A stretch of 64,000 bases of DNA from contig JBGVQP010000043.1 in assembly GCA_045127685.1 (NCBI GenBank), forward strand, positions 242 to 64,241. The letters are read 5' to 3'. Origin of the DNA: Candidatus Cryptobacteroides sp. Its GTDB lineage: Bacteria; Bacteroidota; Bacteroidia; Bacteroidales; UBA932. A program made the translations under genes and the position numbers. Of the stretch, positions 8,430 through 17,352 are shown in pieces (position 1 is the stretch's first letter; each line of letters opens with the position of its first letter). The notes below the pieces were generated by a model. The model saw only the letters and a program-made list of their open reading frames with translations. It was not told the DNA's origin and did not search any database.

Positions 8430-9074
8430 ATGAAAGTACTACTGGTCAACGGTGGCCCGCACAAGGAAGGCTGCACATACACTGCCCTGAAGGAGGTTGA
8501 AAAGGAACTGATTAACTCGGGAATCGAAACTGAAATCTTCTGGCTCGGCGCAAAACCGGTTTCCGGCTGCCTTGGATGCGCTCAGTGCATCAAAAGAGGA
8601 CCTGATGGGGAGCCCGCATCGCTCAGATGCTTCATGAACGACAGCGTTAACGAATTCCTTGACAAGGCTGAAAAGGCCGACGGATTCATCTTCGGAAGTC
8701 CTGTTCATTTCGCATCCATCTCCGGAGCCCTCAGCTCATTCATGGACCGTGTATTCTACGGCAAGGGAAAAATCTTCCGCTACAAGCCGGCAGCAGGCAT
8801 CGTCAGCGCCCGCCGCGCAGGAACAACCGCAGCACTTGACCAGATAAACAAGTATTTCAACTACTGCTCCATGCCGGTTGTTTCATCAAAATACTGGAAC
8901 ATGGTGCACGGAACCAATCCTGATCAGGTAAAGCAGGACGAAGAAGGCATGCAGATCATGCGTGAACTCGGCCGCAACATGGCATGGCTCCTCAAATGCA
9001 TTGAAGCCGGACGCGCAGCAGGCGTGCCTGACCCAATCAAGGAGAAGCCGGTGATGACAAACTTCATCAGATAG
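8430..9074 (+). CDS. flavodoxin-fold NAD(P)H-dependent FMN reductase / iron-sulfur flavoprotein-like
   Basis: MKVLLVNGGPHKEGCT flavodoxin-like start. The compact Cys cluster GCLGCAQC...C resembles the Isf-type Fe-S motif. Confidence 0.7.
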   Translation: MKVLLVNGGPHKEGCTYTALKEVEKELINSGIETEIFWLGAKPVSGCLGCAQCIKRGPDGEPASLRCFMNDSVNEFLDKAEKADGFIFGSPVHFASISGALSSFMDRVFYGKGKIFRYKPAAGIVSARRAGTTAALDQINKYFNYCSMPVVSSKYWNMVHGTNPDQVKQDEEGMQIMRELGRNMAWLLKCIEAGRAAGVPDPIKEKPVMTNFIR

Positions 9075-9093
9075 GCATTCTTTCAAAAACGAA

Positions 9094-9133
9094 CATCGTC
9101 CCGCAGAAATCAAGCGATTCTTGCGGGACGATG
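9094..9133. terminator. bidirectional stem-loop between convergent genes
   Basis: Perfect 12-bp stem catcgtcccgca / tgcgggacgatg with a 16-nt loop, between the flavoprotein gene (+) and pheS (-). Confidence 0.6.
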
Positions 9134-9151
9134 TCTTTATAACCTTATGTA

Positions 9152-10177
9152 TTAGAGAGATGTCTCGAACTCCTTGAGGAAGCGGAGGTCATTCTCGAAG
9201 TAATTACGAAGGTCACGTACCTGCCATTTGAGCATCGCGATACGCTCTACGCCCATTCCGAAAGCAAAACCGCTGTACTTCTTGCTGTCGATACCTGATG
9301 CCTCAAGGACATTAGGGTCAACCATACCGCAACCCATGATCTCAAGCCAGCCTGTGCCCTTGCAAATGTTACAACCCTTGCCGCCGCAGATGTTGCAGCT
9401 CACATCGATCTCTGCAGATGGTTCAGTGAACGGGAAGTATGACGGACGCATACGGATCTGACTCTGCGCGCCGAACATCTCGCGTGCGAAGAGCAGAATT
9501 GCCTGCTTCATGTCTGCAAATGTCACATTCTCATCTATATAGAGTCCCTCAACCTGGTGGAAGATACAGTGAGCGCGGGCAGAGATAGCCTCGTTACGGA
9601 ACACACGGCCAGGACATACGATTCGGATAGGGAGAGGCATCTTCTCCATTGCACGCACCTGTACGCTGGATGTGTGGGTCCTTAAAAGAACAGGATTGTC
9701 GCTGTCACTGATGAAGAATGTGTCCTGCATCTCGCGCGCAGGGTGCTCTGGCGGAAAGTTAAGCGCCTCGAATACATGCCAGTCATCCTCAACCTCCGGA
9801 CCCTCTGCAACATCATATCCGAACTTGCGGAAGATGTTCACAATCTCCTCACGGGCAATCGAAACCGGATGGCGCGAACCAAGGTTCACCGGGTCACCAG
9901 GCATTGTATAGTCAAACGAAGCCGCACCTGCAGCAGGCGACTCTGCGGCAGCCTCCTTCAAGGCCTCGATCTTTGCCGCAGCCGTGTTCTTCAACACATT
10001 AAGTTTCTGGCCGTACTCCCTCTTAAGTTCCGGAGCCACAGTCCTGAACTCCTCGAAAAGAGCCGTTACGGATCCCTTCTTTCCAAGAAGACGCACACGT
10101 GCCTCCTCAATTTCCTGCTCACTTTTGCAGCTGAGCGCTTCAATTTCAGCCATCAGGGCTTCAATCCTTTCCTTCAT
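9152..10177 (-). CDS. pheS: phenylalanine--tRNA ligase alpha subunit
   Basis: ORF trimmed to the ATG at 10177 (MKERIEALMAEIEAL). Class II motifs FRNEAISARAHCIFHQVEG and GFAFGMGVERIAML. Confidence 0.95.
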   Translation of the reverse strand: MKERIEALMAEIEALSCKSEQEIEEARVRLLGKKGSVTALFEEFRTVAPELKREYGQKLNVLKNTAAAKIEALKEAAAESPAAGAASFDYTMPGDPVNLGSRHPVSIAREEIVNIFRKFGYDVAEGPEVEDDWHVFEALNFPPEHPAREMQDTFFISDSDNPVLLRTHTSSVQVRAMEKMPLPIRIVCPGRVFRNEAISARAHCIFHQVEGLYIDENVTFADMKQAILLFAREMFGAQSQIRMRPSYFPFTEPSAEIDVSCNICGGKGCNICKGTGWLEIMGCGMVDPNVLEASGIDSKKYSGFAFGMGVERIAMLKWQVRDLRNYFENDLRFLKEFETSL

Positions 10178-10201
10178 ATCTTTATTTTTATATTGAGCCT
10201 G

Positions 10202-10209
10202 CAAAGTTA
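10202..10209 (-). promoter_or_regulatory. -7 box TAACTTTG for pheS
   Basis: Reverse complement of caaagtta. The ORF-track TTG start at 10204 is the TTG inside this box, so it is not a real start. Confidence 0.5.
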
Positions 10210-10239
10210 GCGAATTTTTGTTCGTATCAATGAAATTCT

Positions 10240-12981
10240 TTAGTTTCTCTTAACCAAACTCATCACCGTCCTGACAATATCCGCCACAACAAGCACTGGA
10301 GAAGTCAGAAGGATAATCCAGAGCCAGTCAGAAACGCTGAGTCTCGAGACGTTGAATGCAGGGCCGGCCAAAGAAACGATAAGAATCTGTCCGAGAACTA
10401 TGACAAGGGCTATCCATATGAATCCACGGCCGAACGACCCCTTTACAACGGATGGATTACGGAATCTGTCAATAATATCGAGAATGAGGCTGCGGTCTGT
10501 GTGGAAATATTTGGCGTTAAAGAGGTTCCAGAACTGCATCATCACAAAGAATGTGAAGAACAGACCCATATCCTCTCCGCTCATGTGTGATTTGGAGTGA
10601 GTCATGTCAAAGAATCCCGTAAAGAACAACTTTATAGAATCCCAGGACATAAGCTCGCTCATGGAACCGGCATCAGTATGCCATAGCAGCTGCCAGAAGC
10701 CAGCCAAAAGGAAGAAAAAGAGCAGTCCGACGCCCACTATCCGTTTCAGCATATGTCTGTTCACGATATGACTGTTCCATTTTCTTGGTCTCTCATTGAG
10801 AACTCCTTTGTCGGCTGGTAGCGAAGACAGAGCCATTGCAGCAAACGTATCCATAATGAGATTCACCCAGAGCATCTGCGTAACGGTAAGAGGAGAGTCC
10901 AGTCCGGTAAATGAACCTAGCAGGACAATCAGACATGCACACAGGTTGATGGTCATCTGAAATATTATGAAACGCTGGATGTTGAGGTAAAGCGAGCGAC
11001 CCCACATAATAGCCTTATTTATGCTCGAGAACGAGTTGTCGATAATTGTGATATCACTCGCCTCCTTGGCGCGGGATGTCCCGTCTCCCATTGAAAGACC
11101 GACATGTGCCTTGCTCAATGCCGGAGCATCGTTTGTTCCATCTCCAGTGACAGCAACAACCTCCTTGTTTGTCTGCAGAAGAGTCACCAGACGGGCCTTG
11201 TCGTCAGGGCGCGCACGGGATATGATCTTGAAGTCCGGGCTTGCCACAAGACGCAATGCCTGCGCATCACTCATTGCCGCGAACTCCGGTCCTGTGACTG
11301 TCTGGTCCGGTTCGTCCGGGCCAATGAGTCCGATCTGGCGTCCTATTTCATTTGCTGTACCTGGAGTGTCTCCGGTCACAATGATAACTCTTACCCCTGC
11401 TCGATTCATGCATGTTTCTATCGCCTCCTTAACGTCATCACGGATAGGGTCAGCAATGCCGACGATCCCCATGAACATCATCCGGGCTGACGGAGACTTG
11501 CGACACGCGAATCCAAGGGTCCTCATAGCCTTTGACTGATATGCCTTGAGAGTATCCAGAACATGCTCTCTGGAAACATTTCCCGCAATGCCGTCACACA
11601 TATCCATAAGTATCTCCGGAGCTCCTTTTATGAGTACTACTTCACCGGATTTCCCCTCAACAACAGTTTCCATGTATTTGGTTTCTGTCGAAAACGGAAT
11701 CTGTCGGACAACTACTGTTTCCTCTCTGTATTCTACAAAATCATATCCGGAAACACGCAGCCATTTCAGCAAAGCAGCTTCTGTCGGATTTCCTATAGAC
11801 TTCAATTTATCATCTTCAACAGTAATCTCGGCAGTGGAATTGACTGCCATATTGAGGCGTACAAGTTCCACATCGTCCTCCCCGCCAAAGAAATCTGTTT
11901 CCATTACGGTCATTTCGTTCTTGGTCAGCGTTCCTGTCTTGTCGGTACATACTACAGTAGCTGCACCCATAGTCTCGCACGCATGCAGCTTCCTCACAAG
12001 ATTGTTCTCCTTAAGCATTCTTCTCATGCTCAGAGCAAGGCTGACTGTCACACTCATCGGAAGACCTTCAGGCACGGCCACTACAATCAATGTCACGGCG
12101 ATCATGATGGATGCCAGAATGAACTCAGCAATCTCAACAAAACTTACTCCCCCATCGAAACCGCCGGTAGCGGCGAAATAAATAAGACGACCTATGACTA
12201 TCAGAGATGCTATGACAAAACTTGCCGTTGAAATCATTCGTCCCAGTTGTGCCAGTTGCCGGTTCAATGGTGTTTCCTCATCACTACCCTCGCGGGTTAT
12301 GGCAACCCCTTTACCTTCTTCAGTATCCATACCTATCGCCGAAACACAACAGATAGCATTTCCTTCTATGACAGTCGAGCCTCGAAGAAGAAAATCTGAC
12401 GGGTACGTCGCGTCCTTGTCAAAATCCTCCTTTACTGTAGTCTTTACGGCGTATAGCTCACCTGTGAAGTTGGACTCGTCGACCCTGAGAGAGGCAGATT
12501 GAAGAAGACAGGCATCTGCCGGCACCTCATCGCCACTCTCAAGTTTTATTATGTCTCCTACCACTATATCCTGCTTTGGAACGGTCAGTAGTCTTGGGTA
12601 TGAATTGACGCTCTTTCTGCGGTACACTTTTACGGGACGCGAATCCTTGACCTTATTAAGAATTTCAAACTCCTTTTCCGCCTTCAATTCAAAAATGAAT
12701 CCGACTCCTGTCGCCAGGAGAAGTGCAGCCAGAATACCTGACGGTTCTATGAAAATCGACCAGCCCTTGTCCATCCAGAAAGCCTCATATGTTGCCACAG
12801 CAATGGAGAAGACAAATACAACAAGAAGCACTATTATTATAGGGTCCCTGAATTTTTCAAAATATAATTTCCACAAAGACTCTTTCTCCGGAGGAAGGAT
12901 CACATTCTTACCAACTCCGTTTCTGACTGCATCTGAATCTGCCCAAAGGGATGATTTGAGAAATTGATTACGCTTAGACAT
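10240..12981 (-). CDS. calcium-translocating P-type ATPase (PMCA-like, P2 type)
   Basis: ORF trimmed to the ATG at 12981. Phosphorylation motif CTDKTGTLT, plus TGDGTNDAPAL, TGES-like SGDEVPAD and PEGLP, with 10 TM segments. Confidence 0.9.
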   Translation of the reverse strand: MSKRNQFLKSSLWADSDAVRNGVGKNVILPPEKESLWKLYFEKFRDPIIIVLLVVFVFSIAVATYEAFWMDKGWSIFIEPSGILAALLLATGVGFIFELKAEKEFEILNKVKDSRPVKVYRRKSVNSYPRLLTVPKQDIVVGDIIKLESGDEVPADACLLQSASLRVDESNFTGELYAVKTTVKEDFDKDATYPSDFLLRGSTVIEGNAICCVSAIGMDTEEGKGVAITREGSDEETPLNRQLAQLGRMISTASFVIASLIVIGRLIYFAATGGFDGGVSFVEIAEFILASIMIAVTLIVVAVPEGLPMSVTVSLALSMRRMLKENNLVRKLHACETMGAATVVCTDKTGTLTKNEMTVMETDFFGGEDDVELVRLNMAVNSTAEITVEDDKLKSIGNPTEAALLKWLRVSGYDFVEYREETVVVRQIPFSTETKYMETVVEGKSGEVVLIKGAPEILMDMCDGIAGNVSREHVLDTLKAYQSKAMRTLGFACRKSPSARMMFMGIVGIADPIRDDVKEAIETCMNRAGVRVIIVTGDTPGTANEIGRQIGLIGPDEPDQTVTGPEFAAMSDAQALRLVASPDFKIISRARPDDKARLVTLLQTNKEVVAVTGDGTNDAPALSKAHVGLSMGDGTSRAKEASDITIIDNSFSSINKAIMWGRSLYLNIQRFIIFQMTINLCACLIVLLGSFTGLDSPLTVTQMLWVNLIMDTFAAMALSSLPADKGVLNERPRKWNSHIVNRHMLKRIVGVGLLFFFLLAGFWQLLWHTDAGSMSELMSWDSIKLFFTGFFDMTHSKSHMSGEDMGLFFTFFVMMQFWNLFNAKYFHTDRSLILDIIDRFRNPSVVKGSFGRGFIWIALVIVLGQILIVSLAGPAFNVSRLSVSDWLWIILLTSPVLVVADIVRTVMSLVKRN

Positions 12982-13040
12982 AGCTTTCCACTTTAATGCT
13001 GTCTGCAAAAGTGTTCAAAAACCATGACAAAAAGATATAA

Positions 13041-13058
13041 AATCCAAACGTTTGGATT
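13041..13058 (-). terminator. short palindrome followed by a T-rich tract (possible terminator of the 13082..14518 gene)
   Basis: aatccaaacgtttggatt palindrome. On the minus strand it is followed by ttttatatcttttt. Confidence 0.35.
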
Positions 13059-13081
13059 CGTGACGAAAAACTACGAAGCGT

Positions 13082-14518
13082 TCAGACAGACAATCTGTTC
13101 CAAAAGTCACTTTCCGTCAAACAGACAACCCTTCCGTTTTCTTCTATATAAATGAGGGAGACATCAACGGACAGCTGGTACGACCTCGTATCATTATTAA
13201 AGCTGACACAATACTTATCCTTGTCCAGAAGATGAATTACTGATGAAAAACCTCCGGAAATATAGTTCTTCAGAGCGCTACGCTGCTTTATTATTGTGTA
13301 GATATAATTCAGGAAGCCTTCCTTCTCAGGATCTTTCGTGGATACCTGAGCATAAATCTTCATTATGTCAGCTATCAGGCGGGTTGCCCGAGTGCCGGTG
13401 GCTGCGAGCCTGTTCATGAATGCAAGATAATTCCAGGCCGTTTCACCAAACACCTCCTTGCTGGCATCCAGGTATTTCAAGGCTTCATCAAAGCACTCCT
13501 GTGAAACCCCGCTCACGCCATAACGCAACAATAGAAGATATAGAGTCTTAGCCTGTGGCGCAGACTCGAAACATAACTTCTGGTTTCCCGCATCCGTAAG
13601 ATAAAAGCCGAACTGCCCATCTATGAAAATCCTGCTGGCAACGGATGATGCAGACATCAGATGGTCATACAGCAGACGGTAATATCCATCATAAGAGAGT
13701 CTTTCCCCCGGAGCATCCAGCAGGTTCACAAAATGGGCGACCCGGTCCTTGAGTCCAGAACTTACATCCATGCAGATAAAGTCCATGCTTCTGGTCAAAG
13801 CCCCTTCGTCATTAAGCACCTCTCCTTCCTGAAGTTTAAGCATAAGAAAGGCATCAAAACCGACACTCCCTGGTGAAAGGCGATATGTGGAACAGAATGC
13901 TCCGAACAAAGACATGGAATCAACGGAGTCCAGATCCGCAACAGAGGACCGACTACCCGTCGGAAGAATATAATCCATCGATTTGCATAGAAGGCCCACA
14001 TCGATAACCTTCTTTACGCGTGGCAGATAGAACAATTGCAGCCCCACATCATTCAGAGCTTTGGCAAGGAGAAGATTATTGAAGTCATCGTCCAGAATCT
14101 TCCTGCTGCTGTCACACCTTCTCTTTTCAAGATAGATTATCTGACTTGAAGAGCAATCTGTTTCAACCCCGGAGACAGACAGAATTCTTGTCCATTGTCT
14201 TGAGTTCTCTGAAAGAGCCATTCTTATTGCCGACAACAGAATCCTCTCTCTGACATCCACATCCACATCTGCCTCTATAATGCTCTCGAACATCTGGATG
14301 ACTCCTTCCTTGACATGATCCTCCAGACCATCCAGAACAGCGATACACTCCTGGAATGACATATAATGAATCATTTCCAGCTCATCATCCTTCATTCCAA
14401 GTTTCTTTTGAAAATCGTTGAGAAGAGACACCTCGCCTGCATGAATCTGCCTGTCGGCCTTGGCCAGGTCAACCGCAAGATGCATGATTGCACGTTTCTG
14501 AATGGGTGTGAAAGTCAT
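13082..14518 (-). CDS. hypothetical protein with TerB-like N-terminal domain and uncharacterised C-terminal region
   Basis: 478 aa. The N-terminal ~110 aa has two amphipathic helices with the acidic patterns LAVDLAKADRQIHAGEVSLLNDF and MFESIIEADVDVDVRERILLSAI, reminiscent of the TerB/DjlA-N fold. The remainder is unrecognised. The start is 2 nt after the nitroreductase stop. Confidence 0.55.
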   Translation of the reverse strand: MTFTPIQKRAIMHLAVDLAKADRQIHAGEVSLLNDFQKKLGMKDDELEMIHYMSFQECIAVLDGLEDHVKEGVIQMFESIIEADVDVDVRERILLSAIRMALSENSRQWTRILSVSGVETDCSSSQIIYLEKRRCDSSRKILDDDFNNLLLAKALNDVGLQLFYLPRVKKVIDVGLLCKSMDYILPTGSRSSVADLDSVDSMSLFGAFCSTYRLSPGSVGFDAFLMLKLQEGEVLNDEGALTRSMDFICMDVSSGLKDRVAHFVNLLDAPGERLSYDGYYRLLYDHLMSASSVASRIFIDGQFGFYLTDAGNQKLCFESAPQAKTLYLLLLRYGVSGVSQECFDEALKYLDASKEVFGETAWNYLAFMNRLAATGTRATRLIADIMKIYAQVSTKDPEKEGFLNYIYTIIKQRSALKNYISGGFSSVIHLLDKDKYCVSFNNDTRSYQLSVDVSLIYIEENGRVVCLTESDFWNRLSV

Positions 14519-14520
14519 AT

Positions 14521-14997
14521 CTATTCCTCAGGATATCCTATTGCTACAGCGCAATACGGTTTCAGACCGTCCTTGATGCCAAGAAGTTCAGTTACATAGT
14601 CATTTGATTTCGGGCCATCAGGCTGATCCTTGAAAACCAGGCGCTCATTGATGTGTATCCAGCAGCTGACCAGGTCCATCGCCGTCACGGCCAACTGGAT
14701 GAATGTTGCAGAAATAGCGCAATTATCAACCCAAAGGTCGGTCTTCGAAGGGTCTCCCATCACGAGAATCGCCGCCTGGGCATTCTTGAGCGGTGACGCG
14801 CCGTAGTCACGCATCTGCGACAGAGCATCGAGGGTATCACGGTCCTCAATAATCATGAAGGCCGAACTCTTGCTGTTACGTGAGGACGGAGCCGTCTGGG
14901 CTACCTTTACGATTGCATCGAGAACCGCCTTCTCGACAGGTCTGTCCGAATATTTCCTAAAAGTCTTCCGCTTTTCTATTACCTGTAAAAAATCCAT
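14521..14997 (-). CDS. nitroreductase family protein
   Basis: 158 aa, IEKRKTFRKYSDRPVEKAVLDAIVKVAQTAPSSRNSKS, a typical nitroreductase N-terminal FMN-binding signature. Confidence 0.85.
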   Translation of the reverse strand: MDFLQVIEKRKTFRKYSDRPVEKAVLDAIVKVAQTAPSSRNSKSSAFMIIEDRDTLDALSQMRDYGASPLKNAQAAILVMGDPSKTDLWVDNCAISATFIQLAVTAMDLVSCWIHINERLVFKDQPDGPKSNDYVTELLGIKDGLKPYCAVAIGYPEE

Positions 14998-15084
14998 AGT
15001 ATCTTGTTTTTAGATTCTTTCGCATCCGCTTCAGCGACTTTGTCGATTGGACCACGCTTCGCTCGCAATGACGTGATGAGTTTA

Positions 15085-15474
15085 CTACTTTCCTGCTGCT
15101 TTTCGTTTTGCACGAGCCTTCTGAGCCTTGCCTGCGCCGGATTTAAGATACGCAGCCCACTGGGTCTGAGTAAAGATCTTTTTGTATGAGGCATCGATAG
15201 TATCCATCCATTTGTCCTGAACAGCAATGTAAAGAGATGTATTTGAAACCTTGGATGCCCTGAGCTTGTCAATCTCATCGGTCAGCTGCTGATAATCATG
15301 CTTGAGGGTAGAGTCCACATAGAACACCTGCCAGTCTTCAAGTTCCAGCACCCTTTGGAGTCTGTCGGCTTCCTCTTCGGCGATTTCCCATGGTTCCTTC
15401 GGCTTTTCCGGCTCCTGTGCGATGATCGCCGGAGCTGCTGCCAATAAGATAAGCAACGTATGTATCAATTTCAT
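15085..15474 (-). CDS. hypothetical secreted protein (charged, helical)
   Basis: Signal peptide MKLIHTLLILLAAAPAIIAQ with a Lys-rich C-terminus. No family recognised. Confidence 0.6.
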   Translation of the reverse strand: MKLIHTLLILLAAAPAIIAQEPEKPKEPWEIAEEEADRLQRVLELEDWQVFYVDSTLKHDYQQLTDEIDKLRASKVSNTSLYIAVQDKWMDTIDASYKKIFTQTQWAAYLKSGAGKAQKARAKRKAAGK

Positions 15475-15491
15475 AACTGCGTTATTTTTAC

Positions 15492-15499
15492 TAACTTTG
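15492..15499 (+). promoter_or_regulatory. -7 box TAACTTTG for the C69 peptidase gene
   Basis: taactttg lies 50 nt upstream of the ATG at 15550. Confidence 0.45.
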
Positions 15500-15549
15500 C
15501 ACTTCGCTCAAAAACGAACAAATTTAGATAAATATAACAAAAGAACAAA

Positions 15550-17316
15550 ATGAGAAGACTTGTAAAAGCCATCTTACTGCTTTCAGGAGCATTTCTTGCG
15601 GCCGGAACCATCGAAAGCCAGGCCTGCACAAACGTAATCGTTACCCGTGGGGCCAGCACCGACGGTTCAAACATGATTTCATACGCAGCGGACTCTCATC
15701 AGCTGTACGGAGAACTTTACTTCGCGCCTGCCGGCACATGGAACGCCACCGACATGCGCAAGGTTTATGAATGGGACACAGGAAAATATCTCGGAGAAAT
15801 CCCGCAAGCCCTTCGCACATACCAGAGAGTCGGCAACATGAACGAATATCAGCTCATCATTGCCGAGACCACATACGGCGGACGCTCCGAGCTTGAAGAT
15901 CCGAAAGGTATAATGGACTACGGCTCACTCATATACATAGCCCTTGAAAGATCCAGGACAGCCCGCGAGGCAATCGATGTCATCGTTGACCTTGCCAACA
16001 CCTACGGATACTATTCTAGCGGAGAATCATTCTCGATTGCCGACAAGAATGAGGCTTGGGTCATGGATCTCATCGGAAAGGGACCGGACAACAAGGGCAT
16101 CGTGTGGGTGGCACGCAGGATTCCTGACGGATACATCTGCTCACACGCAAACCAGGCACGCATCAGCACTTTCCCTCAGAATGACCCGGAAAACTGTATT
16201 TTCGCTCCGGACGTAATTTCTTTTGCACGTGAAAAAGGCTATTTCACCGGTGAAGACAAGGATTTCAGCTTCTGCGACGCCTACGCTCCGCTTGATTTCA
16301 GCGGAATGAGAGCCTGTGAGGCACGTGCATGGTCTGCATTCAACATCCTGTGCGACGGCAAATTCACATTCATTGACGAGAACGGCAAGGAAGTGACCAG
16401 AGACGCTTATGACTATATCGACTATGCGATGGGCTACGACAAGACCAAGAGATTTCCGCTTTTCGTAAAGCCTTCACGCAAGATCAGTGTAAAGGACGTT
16501 GCAGACGTAATGCGCGACCACTACGAAGGGACCCCCATGGACATGACCACAGACATCGGAGCAGGCGGAAATGCTCTTCCATACCGTTGGAGACCTATGG
16601 GCTTTGAGTGGGAAGGCAAGGAATACATCAACGAGAGAGCCATCGCGACCCAGCAGACAGGATTCTGGTTCGTAGGACAGGTCCGCAGCGATCTTCCGGA
16701 TGAAATCGGAGCAGTGAACTGGTTCGGATGCGACGATGCAGCCACTTCATATCTGACACCTATATATGTAAGCACTTACTCCGTTCCCGAGTGCTTCCGG
16801 GTTGGAAACGGAAATATGATAACATACTCTCCGACTTCTGCTTTCTGGATGACAAACCGCGTCGCGAATGCATGCTACAAGGCATACAACATCATGTTCC
16901 CTACAGTAGACGCAGAAATAGACGCATGGGAAGAGGCAATGATGGAAGCGGTGAAGCAGGCAGACCAACAGGCGCTGAAAATTTATGAAGCTGCAGCCAA
17001 GATGCCTCGCAGAAACATCCGCCGCAACGACAAGGTACGCAAGGTTGTTGACCAGTTCGCCCCTGTCAGGGAATACCTTACTGCTTTCTCTGTCGATAAT
17101 GCACAGAAGATTTTTGACAAGTGGGTGTCCCTGGAGCAACTGCTTCTTGTCAAATTCATTGATGGAAACGTCAAGGCCCAGAACGAGGACGGCAGCTTCG
17201 TTACTAACGAGCACACAGACTGCATTCCTGCAAAGATCACCCAGCCGGGATATACCGGCAAGTGGAAGGAATGCACAGCCAAAGACCACGGAAAGACTGT
17301 CCTGGTACATCAGTAA
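15550..17316 (+). CDS. C69-family dipeptidase (secreted)
   Basis: Signal peptide followed by the mature N-terminal nucleophile motif QACTNVIVTRGASTDGS, characteristic of peptidase family C69. 588 aa. Confidence 0.85.
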   Translation: MRRLVKAILLLSGAFLAAGTIESQACTNVIVTRGASTDGSNMISYAADSHQLYGELYFAPAGTWNATDMRKVYEWDTGKYLGEIPQALRTYQRVGNMNEYQLIIAETTYGGRSELEDPKGIMDYGSLIYIALERSRTAREAIDVIVDLANTYGYYSSGESFSIADKNEAWVMDLIGKGPDNKGIVWVARRIPDGYICSHANQARISTFPQNDPENCIFAPDVISFAREKGYFTGEDKDFSFCDAYAPLDFSGMRACEARAWSAFNILCDGKFTFIDENGKEVTRDAYDYIDYAMGYDKTKRFPLFVKPSRKISVKDVADVMRDHYEGTPMDMTTDIGAGGNALPYRWRPMGFEWEGKEYINERAIATQQTGFWFVGQVRSDLPDEIGAVNWFGCDDAATSYLTPIYVSTYSVPECFRVGNGNMITYSPTSAFWMTNRVANACYKAYNIMFPTVDAEIDAWEEAMMEAVKQADQQALKIYEAAAKMPRRNIRRNDKVRKVVDQFAPVREYLTAFSVDNAQKIFDKWVSLEQLLLVKFIDGNVKAQNEDGSFVTNEHTDCIPAKITQPGYTGKWKECTAKDHGKTVLVHQ

Positions 17317-17352
17317 AAAGACGCACCAGGACAATTCCGTCATTCAAGGACA

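Noticed and set aside
10178-10204. N-terminal extensions given by the ORF track (for example pheS 10204, ATPase 13008, sigma-54 activator 22304, AraC 24942, EamA 6510, RAYT 4255, rpsH 866, esterase 33978, lipoprotein 53519)
   Set aside because: I checked the codons. These track starts are TTG or GTG, several lie inside or upstream of TAnnTTTG promoter boxes, and each is followed by an ATG that gives a canonical N-terminus or signal peptide. The ATG starts were used instead.
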